Assembly: GCA_027011045.1 (NCBI GenBank)
Contig: JALVAT010000040.1
Location: forward strand, 1 to 56,859
From: Candidatus Micrarchaeota archaeon
GTDB taxonomy: Archaea > Iainarchaeota > Iainarchaeia > JAADDC01
Direction of reading: 5' to 3'
DNA length: 56,859 nucleotides
The translations under genes were made by a program, and so were the position numbers. The notes under the pieces are model-generated. The model saw nothing but the letters and a program-made list of their open reading frames with translations. It was not told the DNA's origin and did no database searches. This document shows, piece by piece, positions 17,406 to 26,803 of the stretch (positions within the stretch are counted from its first letter, which is position 1; each line of letters begins with the position of its first letter).

Positions 17406-18170
17406 TTACCTGCGGTCGATGATTCGCCCCTCGTAGAAGACCTTGATTTTTCCGCCGGACTCCGAAAGGAGCACTGCCACGCTGTCGGTTTTTGCCGTGA
17501 TTGCGGCCGCTGCCAGGTGCTTCGTCCCCCAACCAGGGTACCTTCGTATCCCGTCCACGTTTACGTCGATGTACGTCCCTGCGGAGTGCACAGTGCCGTC
17601 CTTTCCGATGATGAACGCCCCGTCGAGCTGGGCAAACTCCTTTATCGTTTCCTTGAGCTCCTCCTTGAGTATATTTCGCTCTTCGGGCAGGTATCCCTTG
17701 AACGGATTCAGTATGAGCTGCTTCGTGTAGAGTGCTAGCTCGTTTGGATCCCCTATGACGAAGAGCGTCCCGATCTTCTTTCCTTCTCTGCCCTCTTCCC
17801 GTATTTCCTCCGCAATTTCAATAACCCTCTCTACCACGCGGGGATCGAAGCCCTTGAGTTTCCGCGCGATACTCGAGATTCTAACGGATTCCAGGGGTAC
17901 TTCCACGGTAATTGAACCCAGCCCCTCGAAGACGTTCTCAAACTGTATAAGCACTCTGTCCCCCAGGGCGTCCCCCAAAAGCTCTGCGAGATGCATCGCC
18001 GCGGTCCTTGCAACGAGCACGGGGTTTGAGTATCTTTGGATTGGTATGACGGCATCCCCTACGTGGAGGGCAAGGTGCTCATCGCCGTGGGGCGTAACGT
18101 AGAATACGGGGGGCGCGAAGTCTAGGGATCCCCTCGCCGTGCCGCTGTACACTGTGTGCTGGAGCTCCAC
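17406..18170 (-). CDS. dacZ: Diadenylate cyclase, archaeal DacZ-type (N-terminal regulatory domain plus DAC domain)
   Basis: The C-terminal DAC (DisA_N) pattern is present: GTLFVIGD, LDGAFII, GWGTKHLAAAAIT and AVLLSESGGKIKVF. An N-terminal domain of about 110 aa precedes it. Confidence 0.7.
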   Translation of the reverse strand: MELQHTVYSGTARGSLDFAPPVFYVTPHGDEHLALHVGDAVIPIQRYSNPVLVARTAAMHLAELLGDALGDRVLIQFENVFEGLGSITVEVPLESVRISSIARKLKGFDPRVVERVIEIAEEIREEGREGKKIGTLFVIGDPNELALYTKQLILNPFKGYLPEERNILKEELKETIKEFAQLDGAFIIGKDGTVHSAGTYIDVNVDGIRRYPGWGTKHLAAAAITAKTDSVAVLLSESGGKIKVFYEGRIIDRR

Positions 18171-18245
18171 AGTTAGAAAACAAAAAGGTGGTATAAAAAG
18201 TTAATCATCCGCTTTTTCGATTTGGATTCATTTTGATTCTGGAGG

Positions 18246-19616
18246 GTGTCGTTTTTATTTTTGGCTTCCCATTGGTTTGCTGTGTCTGCGGTGACCGGGA
18301 ACGATGGTGCTGAGCGCGTTTCCTGCGAGAAGCTTACCCTGCCGGAGCTCGTAGCCATGGGCGTAGGAGGAATGGTTGGCGGGGGTATTTTTTCGGTTCT
18401 CGGGCTCGCCATGCTTCTCTCGGGCCATGCTGCCCCCCTTGCCTTTCTCTTCGGCGGGATAATCGCCATGCTCACGGGCTATGCCTATGCGCACCTCGGG
18501 GTTCGCTACCGTTCCGACGGCGGTAGTTTCACGTATCTGGAGTACGCCTTTGACAACAAGAACATCGGCGCCATTGGCGGCTGGCTCCTGCTCCTTGGTT
18601 ATGTGGGCACCCTCTCCCTGTACGCCTACACCTTTGGCGCCTACGGTGCGGCAATGCTCGGATACCCTGCGCACAGCTGGATGCACGCCTTTTTGTCCAC
18701 CGCGGTGCTCCTCGTGTTCCTTGGCATTAACCTGCTCGGTGTTAAGGCCTCCGGGCGTACGGAACTCGTAATCGTGGCAACGAAGGTGGCAATCCTGCTC
18801 TTCTTCGCAATTGCCGGTCTCCTTTACTTCGATCCCTCGAAGCTCCAGCCCCTTTTCAACAAGGGCCTTCTCGGAACGCTCCTCGGCGCTACTGTGATTT
18901 TCGTGGCCTACGAGGGCTTTGAGCTGATCCCAAATGCGGTTAATGAGATGCACAACCCCGAACGCAACCTCCCACGGGCCCTTTACTATTCAATAACGAT
19001 TACTGCGTTTATCTACGTCCTCGTTTCCCTCGTGGCAGCGGATACGCTCACCCCCGCCCAGATCGTGAGGTACAAGGAGTATGCGCTGGCGGTGGCTGCA
19101 CAGCCCGTTCTTGGAAAGCTGGGATTCCTGCTCATCGGTCTTGGCGCCCTTCTCTCCACCGCGTCTGCCATAAACGCAACGCTGTTCGGCACTGCACGCC
19201 TGGGCATGGTTATGGCGACGGAGGGGAGCCTGCCCAAGGTATTTTCCTTCCACCGGCGGGATAAGCCCATCCCCTATGTGAGCCTTATTACCATCGCCCT
19301 CGTTACAATCGCCTTCGTGAACGTGGCAAACCTCAGCATCATCTCGTCCTTCAGCTCGTCCACGTTCCTACTCATCTTTGCACTGATAAACCTTGCGGCA
19401 CTCCGTCTCCACCGTGTCATTCGCTCGCGTTGGTGGATTCACCTTGTTGGCTTTCTCGGAGCGTTCTTTTCGTGGCTTGCGCTCCTTTGGTATTTGTATC
19501 AAAACCACTCCGCGACGCTTGCATCCATTTTCATAATCTATGCAGCAGTGGTCATCTTCGAGTTCCTCTTCAGCAAGCGCGCGGTATTGCGGAGAAAAAT
19601 GGGGCTTCGCGCGTGA
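18246..19616 (+). CDS. APC-superfamily amino acid/polyamine permease
   Basis: About 12 TM helices with the N-terminal GVGGMVGGGIFSVLG motif. The exact start is uncertain. Confidence 0.85.
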   Translation: MSFLFLASHWFAVSAVTGNDGAERVSCEKLTLPELVAMGVGGMVGGGIFSVLGLAMLLSGHAAPLAFLFGGIIAMLTGYAYAHLGVRYRSDGGSFTYLEYAFDNKNIGAIGGWLLLLGYVGTLSLYAYTFGAYGAAMLGYPAHSWMHAFLSTAVLLVFLGINLLGVKASGRTELVIVATKVAILLFFAIAGLLYFDPSKLQPLFNKGLLGTLLGATVIFVAYEGFELIPNAVNEMHNPERNLPRALYYSITITAFIYVLVSLVAADTLTPAQIVRYKEYALAVAAQPVLGKLGFLLIGLGALLSTASAINATLFGTARLGMVMATEGSLPKVFSFHRRDKPIPYVSLITIALVTIAFVNVANLSIISSFSSSTFLLIFALINLAALRLHRVIRSRWWIHLVGFLGAFFSWLALLWYLYQNHSATLASIFIIYAAVVIFEFLFSKRAVLRRKMGLRA

Positions 19617-20153
19617 TTACCACTCCCACATCCTTGCCAGACGATCTGCCAGAATGTCCAGCAGCCCGTGCTCCTGTATCTCCAGCGCCCGTGCCACTGC
19701 CTCGGGATTTCTGAGCCGGTATACGACCTTTCTCCCCATTGGCAGCTTGGTTACGACCCCAGCATCCACAAGTCGCTTCATATGCCACGTGATCGCGGAG
19801 GCGGAGACCCCTACCGCTCGCCGCAGCTCATCGCCCGTAGCTTCCCCGTTTTCCAGCAGATATGCGAGGATTTCCGAGACGGTGGGCCTTCGTGCAAGCG
19901 TTAGAATCGTTCTGATTTCCTCCGAAGCCTCCGTGGGGAAGTATCTGACGTATCGTCCATCCTCCTCGGCTTCCACAAGCCCTGCCTTCATAAGCTTGTC
20001 CAGGTGGTACTCTAGCTGGCCCGTTGCAAGCCCCGTTAGACGTTCAAGTTCCCTGAAATGCACTCCCGGATGCCTGTATATTGCTTCCAGTATCTTGCGC
20101 CGCGTGTCCAGTAGCAGCAGCTCCCTCTGCTCGTCCACGGACCACATTTTCAT
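19617..20153 (-). CDS. Tandem winged-HTH (ArsR-like) transcriptional regulator
   Basis: Two wHTH units: RRKILEAIYRHPGVHFRELERLTGLATGQLEYHLDKLMKAGLV and VSEILAYLLENGEATGDELRRAVGVSASAITWHMKRLVDAGVV. Confidence 0.8.
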   Translation of the reverse strand: MKMWSVDEQRELLLLDTRRKILEAIYRHPGVHFRELERLTGLATGQLEYHLDKLMKAGLVEAEEDGRYVRYFPTEASEEIRTILTLARRPTVSEILAYLLENGEATGDELRRAVGVSASAITWHMKRLVDAGVVTKLPMGRKVVYRLRNPEAVARALEIQEHGLLDILADRLARMWEW

Positions 20154-20539
20154 CTGCTGACCGCCCCCGCAAAGAAGAGCGCCAGTATTCCGAAGTCCAT
20201 GAGGTGGGCTGCGGCGTCAATGAGCCACTTGTCGGGGCCGGAGATCACGTCAAGCAGCGTTAGCAGGAGCTTAATGGAAAAGAGGAAGAACGCGGCAGCT
20301 ACGAATGCTATGCGAGGATTTCCGTCGATGCGGTATGCGTGGAACGATATGGCAAACATGAGCAGGGCGACGATGGTGACACCAATTACGATGAAAATGT
20401 CCAAGTATTTGATGTACGCGTCCCTAAAGGCCTTGAACGCGGGGTTTGCCCCCGCAAGGATGAGCACTGCGACGAGCACCAGCGTCACGATGGATATTCC
20501 GATCGCTACCCCTTCGTTCGCCATATTTCCCATTCTCAC
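20150..20539 (-). CDS. Four-TM membrane protein, function unknown
   Basis: 129 aa with four hydrophobic helices. It overlaps the downstream regulator start by 4 nt, which indicates translational coupling. Confidence 0.6.
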   Translation of the reverse strand: MRMGNMANEGVAIGISIVTLVLVAVLILAGANPAFKAFRDAYIKYLDIFIVIGVTIVALLMFAISFHAYRIDGNPRIAFVAAAFFLFSIKLLLTLLDVISGPDKWLIDAAAHLMDFGILALFFAGAVSR

Positions 20540-20570
20540 GCCCCCTATTTATTCGAGCTGGTGCATTCTT

Positions 20571-21344
20571 TTACGGCTTTAGGCGCCCCAGGAGCATCCT
20601 TTGTAGGTCTCCTCCGTTGAGCCACCATTCCCGTACGATCTCGCGCATCTTCTCCTCCAACACCCTCATATCCTCCCAGCTCTCGTCTGCGTAGCTCGAG
20701 AACATGTCCTTCTGGATGCCCGCCTGCCAGAGCACGATATTTCCCAGGATGCTGCCCAGGGCCGCCCCCACGGGCAGATGGAAGCGTTGCTGGAGCTCCC
20801 CTATGATTTTACCCATTCTCTGGTCCTGTTCTACGGCTGCCTGTGCCAGGAGCATGGTCACCCCGCGTAGGTCCACCTGTTCCATGGGTAGTGCCAGGAC
20901 CTGCGGCGGAAATACTCTCCCTGTGGTTTCTACTACCGTGAAGACAGGGTAAATGAACACTTCGCCCATGGGTTCCCTGCCGAGCACCCTCGAGAGCACC
21001 TTGTGGAAGTGTGGTTCCACATGCGTCCACCTGTTGCTCATCTCCCTCTTTGACGCCTCTACCTCCTCAAAGGCCTCGTCTGGGATGTGAATAACCTCTA
21101 GATCCCGGAGCAGCGCGCCCTCTTCCCCTGTTAGCTCCTCGCCCCGCGCTACTTTCTGGGCAGCATCGTTCAGAATGTCCATTCCCCTTGCCCTGTAGAG
21201 CCAGACCGTTTCGGGCATGAGCACGTAGAGGAGCGTTCCAAGGGTTCGATCCCTCCGCCCCATGATGCCTTCAAGCAGAGAGGCCGCGAGGTATAACCTC
21301 TGGATTCGCGGATCAAAATCCCTCCAGACAATTCTCAGCGCCAT
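20571..21344 (-). CDS. Uncharacterised protein; paralog of 24699-25514 that lacks the HExxH motif
   Basis: The C-terminal region (LGNIVLWQAGIQKDMFSSYADESWEDMRVLEEKMREIVREWWLNGGDLQRML) aligns by eye with the other copy (LTNIILWRAGITKVMFAEYYDSSWKELCELEDRVRKIVANWLKSGGNLLEML). It lies 37 bp downstream of the P-type ATPase gene. Confidence 0.65.
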   Translation of the reverse strand: MALRIVWRDFDPRIQRLYLAASLLEGIMGRRDRTLGTLLYVLMPETVWLYRARGMDILNDAAQKVARGEELTGEEGALLRDLEVIHIPDEAFEEVEASKREMSNRWTHVEPHFHKVLSRVLGREPMGEVFIYPVFTVVETTGRVFPPQVLALPMEQVDLRGVTMLLAQAAVEQDQRMGKIIGELQQRFHLPVGAALGSILGNIVLWQAGIQKDMFSSYADESWEDMRVLEEKMREIVREWWLNGGDLQRMLLGRLKP

Positions 21345-21381
21345 GTTAGTATGTGGGTACGAGCATTAAAAACGGTGGGGG

Positions 21382-23862
21382 CTACCGCAGCTCCGAGCGG
21401 ACGTCAACCCCCACGAGTTTGCCCACATATTCCTTGACCGCATCGTTTACGAACATCCAGCCAAGGGCATATCCCCATACCAGTGCCGCCAGCTTCCAGC
21501 CAATGGGGGCCATGAATATGCCATACACCGCAAGGATCGTCCCTATTGCGTCCGTTGCAAGTATTGCTGTGAATAGCTGCTTGGACGGCCAGGGTTTCTG
21601 CCACAGCCAGCCCCTCGACCGTGTTACGAAGAGTGTTGAGTGTCCTGCGACGATTAGCTTTAGGAATATGAATGTTTCGAGCATCCCCATGGACAGCCCC
21701 AGGATCTTGTAGCCTATCCACAGCGCTAAGAATGAGCTAATGAGCCCTGTGGTGCCCAAAGCCGTTGCTAGCGCTACAATCCCCTTTACGTTCCACCTTG
21801 CCGGCTTTCTGGGCTCCCTCACGTTGTCGTACGCGATGGTGAGGATGGGGATGTCGTTGAGGATTGCGAGCAGGATTACCATGGTTGACGTTATTGGATA
21901 AAAGCTGAAGGCAAGAATAGATGCTGCCATAAAGAATAGCACTCTTATTGTTTCTGTTAGGCGGTAGATTACGTAGCTCTCCATGCGCTGGAATATTCTT
22001 CTTGCCGTACGGAGAGCATCCGCTATTACCGCGATTCCCGGCTCTAGGAGGACAATGGATGCCGCAGCCCTTGCCGCGTCCGTGGCCCCCGCAACTGCAA
22101 TCCCACAGTTGGCCTTTTTCAGTGCCGGTGCATCGTTGACGCCGTCGCCGGTCATTGCTACCATGTGGCCGCGCTTCTGGAGACCATCGACGATGATGTA
22201 CTTGTGCTCCGGCAAGACTTGGGCGAAGACATCGGTCCCCTCGATTACTTCGTACTTTTTCTCCTCTGGCAGGTTTTCAATTTCGTCCATTGTTATGACT
22301 TTGTCCCCTATTCCAAGGATCTTTGCTATGTACTTTGCTATCGCAGCATGGTCGCCTGTAACCATTTTTACAGCCACACTGAGCTTTTTAATAAGTGTGA
22401 CTGCTTTCTTTGCGTCGTCGCGCGGCGGATCGTAAAGCGGAATGATTCCTACGAGCTCTAAGCCGTTCCCCCTGTCCACCGCGACGGCTATTGTTCTGAA
22501 GCCTTTCTGGGCGAGCTCGTGAACGATTTCTACAGCTCTTCTTCTTGTCTCCTCATCTGTGGCCGTGCACATGCCTATAACTATCTGCGGAGCCCCCTTA
22601 ATCACGTGCATTCTCGTTCTTCCGTCCGTTACGAAGGCTTCGGTCCTTTTTATTTTCGGATCAAAGGGGATGAACTTTTCTTGCCTCCACTGGCCGATCC
22701 TTTGATCAAGTCCGAGCTCCTCCGCCTTGTCAAAGACTGCTGTGTCGATTGGGTCTGCATTTTCTTCCCTCGAGGCGAGGGCTGCATAGAACACTACATC
22801 TTCCTCTTTCCAGCCATTGAGTGCGACGATCTTGCCCACGCTCATTTTGTTCTTTGTGAGCGTTCCTGTCTTGTCAGAGCACAGTATATCGACCCCTGCA
22901 AGCTCCTCTATAGCCACTAGCTTGGTTACTATTGCCTTTTTCCTGGCTAGCTCCATGGCGCCGATGGCCATTGTTATTGAAAGGACTGCTGGGAGCGCCG
23001 CGGGAATCGACGCCACCGTAAGCACGAGGCCAAACTTAATTACGTCGAGGATCGGCTTATGGCGCAGTACTACCTCTACGAAGATCATTACTGTGATTAC
23101 GGCGATGGCAAGGGCAATCAGATAATCCCCGACCTTTATTACCATTTTCTGGAGTTCGCTTTGAGTTTCCGCTTCATTCACGAGCTTTACTGTCTTTCCA
23201 AAGTACGTGTTTAAGCCCGTTCCGATTACCACGGCAAGGGCTTCTCCCCGCTTAACTATCGACCCGGAATATGCCACGTCGCCACGTTTCTTGTGAACAG
23301 GGAGTGATTCTCCCGTGAGTGCCGATTCGTCTACCTCTATGTCCGTGTCTTCTAGGATCCTGACGTCTGCAGGCACAATATCCCCGATTCTCAGCCGAAT
23401 GATGTCTCCGGGGACGAGTTCCCGTGCTGGAATTTTTGTCCACTGCATATCTCGTAGAACCCGGGCGTAGACAGCCATTTTCCTCTTGAGGTACTCTATT
23501 ACATTTTCTGCCTTACGTTCCTGCCAGTACTCCACAACCCCGTTGACTGCGAGGAGTGTGAGTATTATCCAGAAGTCCACCCAGTCTTCTACTATGTACG
23601 ACAATAGTGCGGCGGCTTCTATCATCCAGGGAATCGGTCCCCAGAACTTCTTCAAGAATTTTATGACCGGGTGTTCTCTTTCCTCGGGAATTTCGTTATA
23701 ACCGTAGTCCTTTAGCCGTTTTACCGCCTCGGCTCTTGATAAGCCCCTCTCAGGATCTGTTTTTAGCTCGCGGAGGGCTTCTTCAAGGGGTATTCTTGCG
23801 AGCTTTTCGTGGTGCAGCAGTGCGACGCTCCTTCGGTGTTCCCTGTGCCTTTGGAAGGGCAT
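21382..23862 (-). CDS. P-type ATPase, plasma-membrane H+-ATPase-like (P3A type)
   Basis: 826 aa with LTGESLPV, CSDKTGTLTKN, MVTGDH and MTGDGVNDAPALKKA. The N-terminus reads GLSRAEAVKRLKDYGYNEIPEE, as in H+-ATPases. Confidence 0.95.
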   Translation of the reverse strand: MPFQRHREHRRSVALLHHEKLARIPLEEALRELKTDPERGLSRAEAVKRLKDYGYNEIPEEREHPVIKFLKKFWGPIPWMIEAAALLSYIVEDWVDFWIILTLLAVNGVVEYWQERKAENVIEYLKRKMAVYARVLRDMQWTKIPARELVPGDIIRLRIGDIVPADVRILEDTDIEVDESALTGESLPVHKKRGDVAYSGSIVKRGEALAVVIGTGLNTYFGKTVKLVNEAETQSELQKMVIKVGDYLIALAIAVITVMIFVEVVLRHKPILDVIKFGLVLTVASIPAALPAVLSITMAIGAMELARKKAIVTKLVAIEELAGVDILCSDKTGTLTKNKMSVGKIVALNGWKEEDVVFYAALASREENADPIDTAVFDKAEELGLDQRIGQWRQEKFIPFDPKIKRTEAFVTDGRTRMHVIKGAPQIVIGMCTATDEETRRRAVEIVHELAQKGFRTIAVAVDRGNGLELVGIIPLYDPPRDDAKKAVTLIKKLSVAVKMVTGDHAAIAKYIAKILGIGDKVITMDEIENLPEEKKYEVIEGTDVFAQVLPEHKYIIVDGLQKRGHMVAMTGDGVNDAPALKKANCGIAVAGATDAARAAASIVLLEPGIAVIADALRTARRIFQRMESYVIYRLTETIRVLFFMAASILAFSFYPITSTMVILLAILNDIPILTIAYDNVREPRKPARWNVKGIVALATALGTTGLISSFLALWIGYKILGLSMGMLETFIFLKLIVAGHSTLFVTRSRGWLWQKPWPSKQLFTAILATDAIGTILAVYGIFMAPIGWKLAALVWGYALGWMFVNDAVKEYVGKLVGVDVRSELR

Positions 23863-23990
23863 ATGACCACAAGGTACTTAGCTATATTAAAAAGCTGGCG
23901 TTATTTCTGGTGCGTACGTGAAAACTTAAACTTACCGCGACCTGCGCCCCGACAACAACCGTTATATTTTGGTTTTCATCAAGTTAGTCC

Positions 23991-24686
23991 ATGGGCCCGT
24001 TTTCCTCCGTTTCCGCAGTTGCGAACCCCCGTAAGTTCGCCCGCGAACTGGTAAAGACTCCCGGAAAGATTCCCGAAGTTTATGGTCGATTGGACCCCAT
24101 CGCCCGAAAGGCGCTGCGTGGGCACCTCGCAGAGGAATTGGCGGAGCTCCTCTATTCTGAGCCGCACCGACAGGACGTTCACGCCGCCGTACGCTTCCTA
24201 CTCCGTGAAGAGCGGGACCCCCAGCTCGCGGACGCCCTTGTTGATCCCGTTGCTAGAAAACTCGCGGAGTACCCCCACCCGGAGCTCGTGGAGACCGCCA
24301 GACTCTTAGTATCCCGAAATCCGAATGCAGCCCATCGGATCGCTTCTCGCGTGGGTGGCCGGTTGCACACGAACTTCGATCGGCGCGTCGCCGATGCTCT
24401 CCTTGAGCTGGGACTTCTAGAGCTCCGCCAGCATGGCAGCACCCACGCTTTGGATCATTTGGCTACCGTCCTGGAGCACCACGCGTCCTCGGGCACCTAC
24501 TCGCCCGATGTGGAATCCTTTGCCCAGCATTTTCTGGAGACCGTTCGGGATCTTTCCCCCTACGTAGATTTTGAGCGCGGTCCGGCGGACGTTGCCATTA
24601 ACCGTGGTAAGGATCTCTTTGAGCGCGTTCACCGTGCCTTCAGCACCTCTCCCATCCCAGAATATCGTAGGGCCGTGGAGAAGTAG
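23991..24686 (+). CDS. Hypothetical all-helical protein
   Basis: 231 aa, rich in Arg, His and Leu, with no motif I recognise. No competing ORF covers the interval, and it has its own AT-rich upstream region. Confidence 0.55.
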   Translation: MGPFSSVSAVANPRKFARELVKTPGKIPEVYGRLDPIARKALRGHLAEELAELLYSEPHRQDVHAAVRFLLREERDPQLADALVDPVARKLAEYPHPELVETARLLVSRNPNAAHRIASRVGGRLHTNFDRRVADALLELGLLELRQHGSTHALDHLATVLEHHASSGTYSPDVESFAQHFLETVRDLSPYVDFERGPADVAINRGKDLFERVHRAFSTSPIPEYRRAVEK

Positions 24687-24698
24687 CTTACTGCTTGG

Positions 24699-25514
24699 CT
24701 AGATCTCCTTTTGGAGCATTTCCAACAGGTTTCCACCGCTTTTTAACCAATTTGCCACGATTTTTCTAACCCTATCCTCTAGCTCACAAAGCTCCTTCCA
24801 GCTTGAATCGTAGTATTCTGCGAACATGACCTTGGTTATGCCGGCTCGCCATAGAATTATGTTCGTGAGCGTCTCCGTTAGGGCCTCTCTTAGGGGTAAT
24901 CCGATTTTTTTCTCCGTTTTTCTTAGCGGTTCGTCATAGCCTGCAAGCCATTGGATGATGTGTAGGCTTTCATGCACGAGTTCGTGGATAAGATCCTCCT
25001 TCTTTGGGCTACCTACGGCAGGAATACCTATTACGATGACGTTCGGAGGATATGCCGACCCATCTACTCCGCTGTGCCAAACGTATGATGTGTATACGTG
25101 GATTTTTACGTCCTCGACGTTTGGGAGAATTCTTTTTGTGATTTCCAGATAGGTTGAGCGCACCTCCTCCCAAATCTTGGACATTTTTTCCGTGATTTTC
25201 ATCTGGTGCTCTATGTGCCACTGAGGTATCTTCACCTGGCTGGCCAATAGTGCAATTTCCCATTCCGTGTCGGTTAAGGGCTCATGGTTGGCGATTTTCA
25301 CCACAGTTTTTTGTAATTCGCGATAGCTTCTGGCAACGGACCAAAAGGCATCTTGGTTTGCAGCGATAAGTGCGTTCATTATGAAATTATCCACGGGGTG
25401 TCCTGAAAACATCGGTCCGAAGACCGCATTGTACCTATGAAGCCGGGAGATAATGGGATGGTATCCGTGAAACTCCAGAATCTCTTGCATGTTATCATAG
25501 CTGTTATCAGTCAA
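24699..25514 (-). CDS. Putative zinc metallopeptidase-like protein (HExxH); paralog of 20571-21344
   Basis: 271 aa carrying IHELVHESLH. The C-terminal ~60 aa are clearly homologous to 20571-21344. GC content is visibly lower than in the paralog. Confidence 0.7.
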   Translation of the reverse strand: MTDNSYDNMQEILEFHGYHPIISRLHRYNAVFGPMFSGHPVDNFIMNALIAANQDAFWSVARSYRELQKTVVKIANHEPLTDTEWEIALLASQVKIPQWHIEHQMKITEKMSKIWEEVRSTYLEITKRILPNVEDVKIHVYTSYVWHSGVDGSAYPPNVIVIGIPAVGSPKKEDLIHELVHESLHIIQWLAGYDEPLRKTEKKIGLPLREALTETLTNIILWRAGITKVMFAEYYDSSWKELCELEDRVRKIVANWLKSGGNLLEMLQKEI

Positions 25515-25576
25515 ATATATATCGAACCGGCAGTGTCGCAGATTTACTATTTAAACGGCTGATTCCATAGTCCTTT

Positions 25577-26803
25577 GTGGGCGCTGGTGAGCTGGAGCGA
25601 CACATTGGGGATATTTCTGACGCCCTGCGGCGTAGGGATTTCCATGCGCTCAAGCGACTACTGGAGCAGTCCGTGGATAGCGGTTATCATCAGGATCCTC
25701 TGTACTGGCGGCGAGTGGATAATCTTGCAGCAATCTCCCGGGACTGGGACCGCTTCTTGGCCACCATTTACTCTATTCCGGAACTTCGAAGGCATCCTGC
25801 CTTCTTGGAGATCGCACTCCGACGGCGGTGGATCACAAGGGACTCCCGCGTCCAGGATAAGATCCCGTATCCCAACATCGTCGAGATCCAAAGGGAACTT
25901 GAAGATTTGGGCTACGTCCCCGACGCCGTTGCCACGAAGGTTTCCCCTCTGTCCAAACGCTTTCCCGAATTCCGTGCCCTTGATCTTTACCTCCGCCGTA
26001 ACGGGAGATACGCCTTCCGTATGCTCATAACAAACCCAGAATCCTTGAAGACGTTCCTGCGCTTCGTCCACGCCTACGAGAGCGTTTATGGGAAGGTACC
26101 CGGGAAGCAGGTCATAGAGAAGGTGCACAAGTTCTTCCCAGATCTTCATGCGCATCGCACCCTTGCGCCGCGCAGCATGGAGGAGCTTCTATCAGATGCG
26201 CAGGGGATGAATGACCTTCCGAAGCTCATCAGGGAAGATCTGCGTGGCGTTGCGCGAAAACAGGGCGTCCTACACTACTTTGTATCCGACGACGACTACG
26301 TACATCTCCCGACGTTCCTCGCCTATCTCCGGAAATACCGTAAGGATATCATGTCACTACCCGCCGATCCTGATGCACTTTTGGATTACAAGTTCGGCCA
26401 CATTTCCACGGATCTGCGGGACCGCATCGCCCGGCTTGCAGAAACGTTGAAGCGTCGCAGGATACTCGTTCCTGTTTTCGATCCCAATCCACTTTTGCAG
26501 CGTTTGAATGATGTGGCTCTTGCCGAGCAGCTGAACAAGAGGGCGGAGGGTGATTTTGTCCGTAACCTGCGCTCTGCATACGAGAAGATGCGGGTAGGAA
26601 ATTTTGATCTGACCCCTGAAGAGCTGCAGGCAATCCGTTCGAAGAAACTCGCTGACAAATACGGGCTTTCAGAAACGCGACGAATTCTCCAAAAGCTGTA
26701 CGATCGTCAGCGCCACATCATCGGGCACCCTCTCCCTTGCTACGACAGTTCCCCAGCATTTCGGCGCCATGGCTGTGGGTGCCTCCTGTTACCGCCCGGA
26801 TAG
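25577..26803 (+). CDS. Hypothetical helical protein
   Basis: 408 aa with no recognisable motif. Composition looks coding and there is no alternative long ORF except antisense shadows. Its 3' end overlaps the next ORF by 35 nt. Confidence 0.55.
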   Translation: MGAGELERHIGDISDALRRRDFHALKRLLEQSVDSGYHQDPLYWRRVDNLAAISRDWDRFLATIYSIPELRRHPAFLEIALRRRWITRDSRVQDKIPYPNIVEIQRELEDLGYVPDAVATKVSPLSKRFPEFRALDLYLRRNGRYAFRMLITNPESLKTFLRFVHAYESVYGKVPGKQVIEKVHKFFPDLHAHRTLAPRSMEELLSDAQGMNDLPKLIREDLRGVARKQGVLHYFVSDDDYVHLPTFLAYLRKYRKDIMSLPADPDALLDYKFGHISTDLRDRIARLAETLKRRRILVPVFDPNPLLQRLNDVALAEQLNKRAEGDFVRNLRSAYEKMRVGNFDLTPEELQAIRSKKLADKYGLSETRRILQKLYDRQRHIIGHPLPCYDSSPAFRRHGCGCLLLPPG

